This document shows positions 40,701 to 52,500 of a stretch of 64,000 bases of DNA, piece after piece. Positions within the stretch are counted from its first letter, which is position 1. Each line of letters starts with the position of its first letter. The position numbers and the translations under genes were made by a program. The notes beneath the pieces are model-generated. The model was given only the letters and a program-made list of their open reading frames with translations. It searched no databases and was not told the origin of the DNA. The stretch lies in contig NW_002060948.1 in assembly GCF_000150275.1 (NCBI RefSeq), positions 3,741,360-3,805,359 of the forward strand. The letters are read 5' to 3'. Origin of the DNA: Trichoplax adhaerens (Eukaryota > Animalia > Placozoa).

Positions 40701-41765
40701 ATACTACAAATTGAAGTATTTTAAGGACAAAATGATGGATACTGTACGAAGTAGCTCGAACAAATTGATGGCTGCAGCATGTAGCCTTAAGGATAAATGT
40801 TGTATTGCATATAACAACACAGCAACGGCATTCCATTTATGATACGTTTTCATCATGCAGTACAATTGATCATATTAATTAATGCGTAGTACGTATTATT
40901 ACCGAATCCCAGAGCAGAGACTCGGAGACCTGATTTTCCCAAATTTCTAAAATATTAAAGTTAGAACAGGATTAGTAGATAATAGGGTGTAAAATGAATG
41001 TAATTGTTATAATGAACTGAGTTACATCAAGTAATGCGTATATGCAAATATGGCTGAGACTATAACGACCCTATAAGCAAGTATTGGGCGATGAGGCGAA
41101 TTCACTTTAATTGATAGTCCAGAATTGAATGATCGTTTTTAATTCATATACGTATTCTACCAAGATCTCCAGCTGCAGTTGCAGTACGATTATGTGGCTA
41201 CCGTATTGCAAGAATTTTACTGATTCAATACAACAACTATGCGATGGTCGCTTCAGCAAAGCATTTGTATGACTATATTGTACTGTAGACTACTAAACTC
41301 CTATTCCTTCATTCAATAGTCCATCGTGTAGTGGCACTGTGCAGTAAGATTAGCCTGGTTGGATAACGTTCTTGCAGAAGCATAGTGAAAGGTTGAAAGC
41401 AGGCTAGATGTGAAGTAATTAGCTTTTTTAATTCTGAATTACTGTATAGCCTATACAATATGATTATTTGTTCTTTCTTTCGAGTCGATTCAAATATTCG
41501 ACGCTGAAACGAAATATACGTTATCATACAAGTGGAGCTGTAGGCACGAGTAGAATGTTCAATCACATGCAAAACATTATGGCAATCGCTCTTTACAGCA
41601 CATTACTCTCTTTTAAAGTCGTTTTATAGCGATGGAAAGGTGTTGCCGTTCTCCACAAATCACCCATTCATAGATATTATTATTATTATTATTGTTGTTG
41701 CACTGCATGAGTATGCAAGAATGACAGGTTTTACAGTTGTGTTAGCGAACTTGCCTGTATAACAT
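37778..41765 (-). CDS. KCNAB: Voltage-gated potassium channel beta subunit (aldo-keto reductase fold), Kv-beta-2-like, ~15 coding exons
   Basis: Spliced peptides [92 protein letters not shown] and [14 protein letters not shown]. The AKR residues D, Y, K and N are present. The start relies on a GC-AG first intron. Confidence 0.92.
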
Positions 41766-42129
41766 ATTTACCGTTGGACGCAACCTGATGAATGGGAAGA
41801 AGAGACTGAAATAAGATTGAACAATTTGATGGTCATTCAGTTGGAGAGGGAATAACTGGATAACATTTTAAAATGCAATAGGTGAAATGAGAAAGCGAGA
41901 CCGACCTTGTTTTGCAGGATTGCCAAGTACTGCGATTGGGTGATGTTTTATTGAATAAGGTCCCCCACCGGTGGAACGTTTTGACACAAAGCCTGCTGCA
42001 CACTGCACAGTACTGTCTAGTGGTACACTCAGGACAGTATCCGCGGTTATCATGGTGACCACGACGGATCCACGACTTGTCACCGAGGTCAGGCACACTT
42101 TCACCGGCATGCAGAGTACAGTACAACGT

Positions 42130-42428
42130 CCACGCCCGTATTCATCGGACGGACGGATATGGTACAGCACTGTGCGTCAATGACGAGCCTTGTTTTACGG
42201 TGTACAGTACACCTGATTGATGAAATTATTCCATGCTGCTACTGAGTGTGCACATCGTTGCAAGGGTCTTACCACGCCCATATCCGACGGACGGGCGGAC
42301 GGTACAGCACTGCGCGTCAATGACGAGCCTTGTTTTACAGTGTACTGTACTGTGCAGTGTGCACCTGATTGATGAAATTATTCAATGCTGCTACTGAGTG
42401 TGCACATCGCTGTAAGGGTCTTACCACC
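42130..42428. repeat. ~140-150 bp direct duplication upstream of KCNAB
   Basis: ggtacagcactg.gcgtcaatgacgagccttgttttac...cacctgattgatgaaattatt...gtgtgcacatcg...agggtcttaccac occurs twice (~42161 and ~42301). Confidence 0.88.
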
Positions 42429-42649
42429 GCACACTAGGGCACAAATGCTTTCAGTGAAGAGTAAAAATAGTGTGGAAAATACTGTAGGGTACTGTAAAGT
42501 AAGTAGTCACCAGCGTGCTTTTGTTGACTGTTTGACTCAATCGAGTTGGATGTGCATGACAGGTTTACTGGGCCCACAGCAAAGCCATGTTGGAGTTGAG
42601 TCATGGTTCAGTCCGTTACAGCTCGTGAAAGCGGACTGCTGAAGTGCAA

Positions 42650-42930
42650 TTGTTACAGTACAGTACAGTACCGTACAGTCCTATAAAAGAGAAGATCGCT
42701 AAAAAAAGTCTTGACAGACTGTACACTGTACACTGTACAGTACAGTACAGTACAGTTCAGACCAGGGTCCGGACCAAAGCATGAAGACCTCGAACTACAG
42801 TACTGTACAGACGGTCAATTACTGTACAGTACAGTATTGTTTACAGTACAGTACTGTACTGTAAAAGAAAGGAGATCGAGAAACGTACAGTACCGTACTG
42901 TCGGTTTTCCTCTAGTACAGTACTCAGGTC
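42650..42930. repeat. TACAG/CTGTA low-complexity cluster in the KCNAB/GIGYF divergent intergenic region
   Basis: tacagtacagtacagtacc, actgtacagtacagtacagtacag and tacagtacagtactgtactgta. Confidence 0.8.
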
Positions 42931-42959
42931 GAATCAGTCAGTATTAATCGAGTTCTCAG

Positions 42960-43420
42960 ATCCAATCTAGTCCTCGACTGTTACTGTTGGTGTGCGTCCA
43001 AATCAGAGCACAGACCAACACCGACTGGAGTGGACTACTCAGGTCGAGTCTAGTCCTCGACTGTTACTGTTGGAGTGTTGGTGCGTGTAAATCAGAGCAC
43101 AGACGGACAGACCAAGACTGACTGGAGTGGACCTACTCAGGTCTAGTCCTCGACTGTTACTGGTTGGTGCGTCCAAATCAGAGCACAGACGGACAGACCC
43201 ATACTGACTGGAGTGGACCTACTCCGGTCTAGTCCTCGAGTGTTACTGTTGGTGCGTCCAAACCAGAGCACAGACGGATAGATCAACACTGACTGTCAAG
43301 CCAAAGCACAGACGGACAGACCAAGACTGACTGGAGTGGACTACTCAGGTCCAATCTAGTCCTCGATTGTTCCTGTTGGTGCGTCCAAACCAGAGCACAG
43401 ACCAACACTGACTGGACGGG
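42960..43420. repeat. Tandem array of ~83-95 bp units, ~5 copies, ending ~165 bp before the GIGYF start
   Basis: tctagtcctcga.tgtt.ctg.tgg..gcgt..aaa.cagagcacagac...actgactggagtggac.tactc.ggtc at ~42967, 43049, 43142, 43228 and 43356. Confidence 0.9.
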
Positions 43421-43583
43421 ACACAGATTCCACTACAGTACAGTGCGCTCAAGGCTGTATACAGTACAATATACTGTAGTCGAATTGACTGTTTCAACGA
43501 GGAGTGTTGCTTACTTTGCCGTTTATGATTGCTGTTGCTTATTTCTACTGTACAAAAACTAGCAGATGAGACAAAAGTGAATA

Positions 43584-46500
43584 ATGAACATGTCGCAGGT
43601 AAATTTGGATTCATCTGTTAGGGATTGCATCCAATATGATCGCAAGGCGATGACCTCCATTCTAGTCTAATTTTAATGTATGAAAAAAAAAAAATTGCCT
43701 GATTTTATTGTTGTTGTTGTATCGTGCTTGTTGTAGGCAAATGTATCTGAGACTTCGATGACTTTCGGCCCGGAATGGTAAGTCTGTATTGATTGCGTAG
43801 CGTAGGTCAATGAGCAAGCACAAAATTGTCAAAATCCCATGCCTAGTTCAACGCCAATCCTATCTACTGTTAACAGTCGAGCACAACATACTACCATAAT
43901 AGGAAATCATCCAATAATCATCCGCACAACATTGCATCGCCAAGCAAGCATCCTGATTTGTTGTCAAAGGTCGCCACTACACTGTAGTATTGACTTGAGA
44001 ACAGAGCGCTACAATGTAAGCAACCACGGTACCGTTCATCATGTGTCCATCATTGGACGACTTTTCCATGCTGATCATAACTGGATCCTCAGCAAAGTAT
44101 TTCATTAACTCACTTTGGTACCCCCCCCGATTGAAGACCATCAGCTTTCAATTTTAGTATTGACATCATGGAACCGATACTGCTTCATCAACAAACTTGC
44201 TTTCGAGATGAATAGACGCATGGACTAGATGTGTTGTCCAATAACACTGGTCTACTACCGTACGGCTTCCATAAATCGAGCGAAATGACTCCATGAACCA
44301 TGTCAATACAGTACGAGAACATGGCATGTTGTTCTACAACTAGTGTATACTTACATCGTACTCCAGTGACTAGCATTTAAAGCAACCTTACAGTCGTAAG
44401 ATATTTGGCGCACTATGCATAACAGCAGTCCGTAATAAAGTAGGATTCGACTCAACCTTCCTTGCTAACTCGTTCCATTCCATTTTGCTAGGAATATAAA
44501 AATTAAAAGCCAAACTTTGTACAATCGTAGCGATCCAAGCCTATTCAAGGTGATCGCCACACGATTAAACAGTTTCCTGATTTCCATCGTTGCTCCTTTT
44601 AGTTTACACTCGATCCTACGTTGTTTACAGTACTATAGACAAGACTTGCTGTTAACAAGCTGACTTGAAGGATAGCGTTTTGGTACTGATACTGTCCAGG
44701 TGTAGAATAGACTAGACTGATGAACTTTTTCCTGTCCACGTCCATACTCTCTACCCTTGTAACATAGTCTCCATACCCTGATTACAGCCTAGTGTAGCCC
44801 TAGACGCGATCTCCAAGTACCAGACATTATTCGCACACTGTATCATGTTGTCATCATGCTAGAGCTAAAATGCGCCTTGCAATGCTCATTTTTCAATCTT
44901 TTCCCCTTGAAATCACTTCATTCAGCATTCAATCAAGTTCAATACTGATGATTTAAAGTTACCGTTGTGCTATACCATCCTCGATAATGTACTTCATCAA
45001 GGGAGAGATGTCCGTTGACTGCAGTGCATTCCTATACGACGCATACGTTGACAAATGCCCTAGAGGTTGTAGACTGATCGAGTGTTAGTCTTTTTTTTTT
45101 CCCCCTTTGGCTATTATTCAAAATGGATCGTATATCAATCCCTTGCGATCCACTTTACCTCTCCTTCTACTGTAGTCATCATGCAATTTCAACTCCACTG
45201 TAAAACTTGGATCTTCCATTGCGTCTTCGTTTCAGCTAGCGTAGGACATTGTTGTTGTTGTCCAAATTGAACGTTGCAAATGGATGGTTGTTAGTCAAGC
45301 CGTTGGGATGAGTGAAATCGGCCATTCCTAACATGGAGTATAAAGTAGATATCCTTGTAAAACGGCGACGTTAAGGTCAATGGATCAGATTTTAGTATAA
45401 ACGACACTGGTTCAACTTAACAATTCTTCTCTTGGCACTTATCCCCACTTAGTACTAGTTTTGAAAACAGTGGTCAATCAAATTAGTTTATGATAAGCAA
45501 AGCGATGCGATGTTGTAAAGCCAAGCGTAAGCAATGGAGAGTCAACAGTCATAAACTTACAGCAATACTGTCCTCCACGTTGAACCGCTATGTAATGTGT
45601 ATAGTAGACGTACTGCAAAAGATCAAACTCTACAATCCTTCTCCAATGAGTCCAATAAATCTTTGCTACTACAGAGATAACAATGGAAAGGAGTTCATTT
45701 TAGAACATTTTGGGGGTCTCAGACTTGTACAGTGGAAGTTTTATTTACAATGTCGCCAATTCCTATCAAAATGTTACTGTATTACAATTTTGCAACTTGG
45801 CCAGGATATCGCATAGTGACAGTACTGTCCTGGTCCAATCGTAAACTACAAACCAATGAAAACGGATTCTACTGGCAATCTTCTTTGGATAGTCCTAAAT
45901 CAATTTCACTATTCTCTTACGCTTCAAAATCGATCCCTTTTAAATCAACGTGAACGGATATTCTACAGTACTCGATACAGCTTGTATATATTTATCGACA
46001 ACATATACAATACGCGCTGATGCAATTTTAGACTAATGAAGAAACGTAGTCAAAATCAATTTTGACCGGGGTAGGCCAGGGCTATGTATGAACATGTCAT
46101 GACTCTTTGAAGTTGGCTTTCCATTGGATATCATGGATAAAAATGTTCAGTTGTACATGCAATTACTCACACTACTGTAGCATGCCATTGTCAATGTCTT
46201 GGGCGTTGTTAATCCATTTATCTTTACGCAATATAGATCTTAAGTGTACTTTAGGCTTCATCTTAATCGACATTGTCATTTTTGTACAAGAATTTTACAT
46301 CCATTTTTTCCTCACCGGTAACAATTAATGAACAATTTTACCTTCCATTCAGTCTTAATCATTTTTGTCTTACAAAGAAAAAATTGCAAAAGTTAAAAGG
46401 TTAAGATAGAGGAATAGAGCGAATGGGTAAAAAGTCCTGCATGATGAAAGACAGTGTGATATCAATTTCTTCCTTTGTAGCTCTCTTTCAAAACTACTTT

Positions 46501-49500
46501 TCTCCTAATTTTGGCCATTCTACGATACAGTCTTATTCATGAGTTGACATTTTACTACATCGTCTATAATCCTGATAGAAAAAGTGAAAGTCTAAAATAC
46601 TACTTCAGTGTTGTTTAGAATACAGAGAAAAGACTTTGGACGTTAAGTCAATACTGGCTACAATCATGGCTTAGGCTTTTCTATCCAATGAGAAATGAAT
46701 AATCTATTTTTCTGCCGATACTAAGATTACTAAAGGCTAAATAATCTATCGCATTGTATCTTACTACCTAATAGAAAGTTTTTTTTGAAATTCATGTTAT
46801 GATACGTCTAGATACAACAGAATGGACCAAATTAAGATGTATATGCATACTACAGTACTACACAAACTTCAACAAGTTTAGGAATGATAGAGCAGTACTG
46901 TACAGGATTTAATCAATCATACCAAGGACTATTCCTCCTAGTGGTCCTTGATGATACATATTGACGTAGAAGATAATATTTCATGATTGTGTGTAAAGTA
47001 TATGCTGCTAGTGCATATAGCTGGACTTTACATAGTCGTCTTTCGTCTTCTTAACTACGATTCTGTGCTAATACGTCATTGAAACAAAAAAGAATACTGT
47101 ACAATAGTTATCTTGTTGTATTTATTGAACGGTGTAATAGAGAGCGTAGCAGTGACCTTCTGGGCAATTTAGAACTAGTGGAAGGTTTCGACAGCTCTCG
47201 CTATTCTTATTTTTTACACTGGTATATTTCTATAGTGTATATCTGTAAATTTGTAGCTTTGCTCCTTGCGCTGTATGGATACGTATTAGTATCGCAAAGT
47301 TCAAAGAATTGATATGATTTCTGAACATCATCACTAGGCTAAAAAAAGATACTAATTTAAAATCAATTTACACTTAACGTACAATTATCACGACTGTGTT
47401 GACAGCGATATTATTGCACTTACGTAGATATCTCTTCATACCCTTCCTACTATATACGATATACCAATATAATGTATACTAGTACAGTGTAGACTAGGAT
47501 ATACAGAAATGGTGCAATTTATTTTTTATCACGTTAGGCCGAATACTTGTATTATGATTCGCTCGCGATCATGGCATCATAAAATTGATTATCCTGTCCT
47601 TTCATTCCATTACTTGATTAAGTGAAACTGAAACCAACGCCCTATGAACGTAAAATTCGTCCTTATTGCATACAGTAGGCAATAATCAAGAGATATCCAC
47701 ACATAATAAAATTACTATTATTAAATTTGTCTTTTAGGTAACTTATGTAAATCGTGCCAATGTCATCATGTTAGCTTGACACATGTTTAATTACTTAGAA
47801 TAGTATCGATGACACACAATACAAGATCGAATAGATATAGCTATAATACCATCTTGCAGGATTGAATGTTAGCTTACTGTTAAGGCTATCATTTTATCGA
47901 GAAGGAATACGCATTAGTTAATTTGAAACTCAAGATTAGGACCAGATATTACTATCAATATTGTCGTAGTTAATTATTGAGGACATGTAGATTTCTCTAG
48001 AACGTTTCATGTAAATTGTAGTACCTCCATGTAGTCTTATTTGGATTTAATATCTGAGCAGACAACGATAATATTGTCATGTAAAAAATTCTTAGGTAGC
48101 ATATTTATTCATGGCGTATAAAACTTATAATTATACGAATACGATAGAGTATAGGATCGTTTGCTTCGCCTTTTTTTCTCTTCTACTTGTAATAATGATT
48201 AAAATCGCTAGAGAATTATATCTTACAAATTATATCAGATTGGTTAACCTTTATCCTAAGATTGTTTATAATAAATGGATAACGCTGTACATCTAACGTT
48301 ACGTTGTTTTCCATATCAATTTTATATGCTCTAGTTTAATTGTTTTCCTTGCATTTCTTAGGCTACGAAATTTACCTTTAACAGGTGGCGGCGGGCTAAA
48401 TATAACTTCACCACCTCGCTCACCGATTTTTGTAGAACAAGAGAGTGGTAAAATAGTTTATAATAAAGAAGAATTAATACAATATTATAAGAAGGTAAAA
48501 GACATCCCGCGAGTATTAGAGAAATGCCCGGTACTATTACATCCAGAACCGCTATTGCCCATGACTATGATACCTCTATCTGAAGAAGAGCAGCGTAATG
48601 CTGCAAGCGTTAATAGTGCCGTAGCACTCAGAATGACTGGTCGTGGCGGTAGCCATCCTCGTGGGCGCGGTAGTGTCAGAGGAAGAGGTAACTTTCATTA
48701 CTTTTATCGCAAGACATGAAATTCAATGACTGCTATAGTAATAGGCTACTTTATATGCTTCAAATTGCGTAATATCTACAATTTTTTAAACCAATAATCT
48801 ACTAAAGATGTAGTATGCACATATCTGCTCTCGATACTGTTTTGTTATCACTTAATTCTCAATTTTTAGATCAATACCGTTGTATACGTACTGTATATAT
48901 ATTATACACTTATACAGTATATGTACCGTACCATACATAGATTGGTTAATAAATTTCGACATTTTTGAATAGATTTTTAATTTTAGTAAAGTTCTTATCC
49001 ATACAGTATTAGAACACGTTAGTATTTTACTTGATGTTATTAAGCTATAGTAAAATCTTCCTTTTCCGGTTTTGTTTTTGTTTCAGGTCGAGGTCGTGGT
49101 GATGCTTATTATATACGCACTGGTAGCGATGACGGTAACACCAGCGGACATCCTACTTTTACACGAAGTCGTAGTGGTGAAGGCAAATCATCCTGGGATA
49201 TTGAAAGGTAAGAGATTTTATTGGCATTATGATTAAATATTATACGTAGTTGTAGTTAATATAAATTAATTTAGTACATGATTTTACATAAGTATTATAT
49301 ACATGTATAATTTGATAGATCAGATCATCAGATATTTTTATTCGTGAAATCTTGTAAGGCTATTGTTGATTGTTTTAGTCATAGCCCTATACTTTCGATA
49401 TCAACAGCTATAAATAAATTGATCAAATCACTGTAACAATTGACTTTTTATATTATTATTGCCCGCCTTTATTCCATATGTCACAAGTCCACGAGATGGT

Positions 49501-52500
49501 AAGTCTTTTCTATTGTAAGCAATAGAAATTTGTAATAAATTAGTGATGTAGTGAGTGTGTTATGCTTGGAATCATTTTAGTGCATTGTCACATTCATACA
49601 GTACTATTGATATTAGATACATAATAATTTTTATTGTAATCTTTAGGTCAAAATAAACAAGAAAATAATCGGCCAGTAAAAAATAGCTGGAGATCTGAAA
49701 GCTTAACTTCAGAAGATGACAATGGATGGAAATTTGCTGGTCGAGGCAATAATCCAAATAAGTCTCCACGTGTACTAACTGGTAGTGGCAACTGGAGAAG
49801 TAGTAGTTCAGGTATTTAGTTATTACAAATTTTGATTGATAATTTTTCTGACAAAAATTTCCGCTGAAATTAATTGTACGTGCAACCAGTATTGTATTAA
49901 TTAAGATTAAGATAATAATTGTTAACATCAAGTGTGCATATCTAAACAAAAACCAAAAGTACTTAACAGTAGACGTTTTTAGAATCAAGAACATGGAATA
50001 GTAGGACAAATTACCAACAAAAAAATCACTACAGTAATGATGATTCGTATGATTTACCGGAATGGAGCCAGGATGGCGTTGACGACATTATTGGAACTTT
50101 CGATGGTTCTGGGGCATTTTGCTCTCAAAAGGTATCGAAGAAATTATAGATAGGATTTAATTTCTTCTTACTAAGGCTTAAAACTCTATCTTCAGATGGA
50201 AAGTGGTGAAATAGAAACATTCGAGAGTGATAATAAGAGTGGTATACAAGTTGAAGCGGAAGAAAATTCAACGGTAAAAGCTAAAAATTTTAGACCGTGT
50301 GTAGTTTATTTCATCTAAGAATATTGAAGTCCGTCGTTGATATCAATCATGTACCATTAGTTCTACCATGAATACATTGTATGTTCCATTTATCGCTCTA
50401 ACTGTGTACTTTTCTTTGTATTTTATAATGCAGACAAATGATATCAAAGAATCTGATAGGCAACAAGGAGTAGTAGATGGATTAGGTATTTAGCAAGATA
50501 TAATAAAAATAGATATGATAATAAACTAAATGTAATGTATCGTTTAAAAATGATAGTTTGAACCAATATTAAAAATTTAATATATTTTCGGATGGTTATG
50601 GTTGTTAGAATACGTTGCTCCTGTTCGTGACGATTTAAGATCGACCGTAAAAGATAATGTTAGTGCAACAATAGATGATAACAAAGATTTAGAAGAACAT
50701 CTACCTGAATCTCTTCGCTTAGCAATAAGTGACGATCAGCTGCCGGAATCTTTACGTAATGTTATCGAACAACTAGATACAGAATCATGTAGTGCGAAAA
50801 CGACAGATAATGTTCGTGAAATTTTTTCAAGTTGATATTCTCGAACGTTAGCCCATGAATCTCCACCTTTATAATTCATATTTATTACCTATAGCATCAA
50901 CAACAAGTTGTAGATAATAATGCAAGCAGGAATGATATGTCGGTCAGTTTGCAATTGTGACATAATAGATTTTTTAAAATTTTTGATACGGAGTTCGTAA
51001 CGTTACATTCTAAATTGTGTAGATGAGGATAGATAATATGGGGAAAGATGGTAACTTAGTAAGTGAAGATGAAAAATGGCTTTATCAGGATCCTCAGGGC
51101 AAATTACAAGGTAGATTTTATTGTAAATTGAATGAGGTAAATGCTTAGTTGGTGGTTTGACGTAATCAACCTTATCCATTAGGCCCATTTGGAAATAATG
51201 AAATGCTAGAGTGGTTAAAAGCGGGATTCTTCGCTCCTAATTTGCCAGTCAAAAGAGCATGTGATGACTATTTATTGCCTTTAGGTTGGTTCTCATCTGT
51301 AATCGAGTTAGCAATTAGTTTCTTATGTTAACTTTTATTCTCTAAAAGTAATCTATAATACTTACAGGGAAGGTTATTAGAATTTGGAAGAGGATTCCTT
51401 TCCAACCTGGTCCTGCGCCTCCTCCATTCAAGGTATCTTAAATTTATTCAATTTGATACCACAACCTTTTATATTTGATATATAGGATATTCTTGCTTTC
51501 CATAAATTGCTTAAATATGCGTCAATCTATAGATCAGTCAAGAACAAGTTATACAACATCAGCAGTATCAACAACCACAACATCAACAGTCCCAGCACCA
51601 ACATCAACAATCTCAACATCAACAATCACAACATCAACAACAACAACAAATGGCTGCTATGGCTGCTGCAAAGGAACAGCGACTATTTTTACAAAGACAA
51701 TTAATGGCCCAGAAGTTGATGCAGCAGCAACAACAACAGCATATGTATCAACATCAAATGATGTTATATATGCAACAGATGCATCTCCAACAACAGCAAA
51801 TGTCTCCAGAGGCATTAAATATGGCTTTACAACAAAATTCACAGAACCCTACAACTGTTGAATCTGAATCTGATAATCGAATGGAATCTCACGAAAGTAA
51901 TACAAATCAACAAAAACCGAAATCGGGTATTGAACGAAGTGACGTTACACGCTATTGTATTGTGTAATTTAGACCAGTATCTAATTAAAATTGCTTTTAA
52001 TAATAGCATGGAATATGACTCAAGTTAAACCAGCTGATGCTTGGAACGGATCTGAAAGGTACCGTAATGTATCTTGGTCAATCACATATTTTGATTATTG
52101 ATTTTTAGTACGAATATTTGTAAAAATATCATTATTATGCATAGTAACCAAAGTGAACATAAAGTACCGGATAATCAGGTATTAGACACAACCATTACTG
52201 TTGCATACAGATCTAAGGAAATCTGTTCGTTTTATCCGTAATAACAATACGCTGTACAGTATATTGTTAGCAGAAATTGACAGCCGTTTATAATACTACA
52301 GGATCAACCAGTATCTATATCACAGTCTCAACTAGAAGAGGAGTGGGTAAAGAATGCAGAAGGACGCAGAGAAAAGCAAACTCAGCCAAATATGGCAATT
52401 CTTGAGGAGAGTCAGTCACTAGCGAAACAACATCAACAGCTTCAATCTGCAGCAAGCTCTGCGAGACAAGCTTCAATTAATATGAACATTAGTCATGAAC

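Noticed and set aside
41070-41150. Nearer candidate first exon for KCNAB (..PILAYR)
   Set aside because: Its GT donor is out of phase with the next exon and the frame has an upstream stop without an ATG; the GC-donor exon at 41755-41765 fits better.
42960-43420. Regularly spaced repeats resembling a CRISPR array
   Set aside because: The intervening segments are themselves repeated rather than unique spacers, there are no cas genes, and the context is a eukaryotic intron-rich locus.
51475-51861. Thr-rich, Asn-rich and antisense ORFs overlapping one another
   Set aside because: Alternative frames of the CAA/CAT-rich Gln-rich GIGYF exon.
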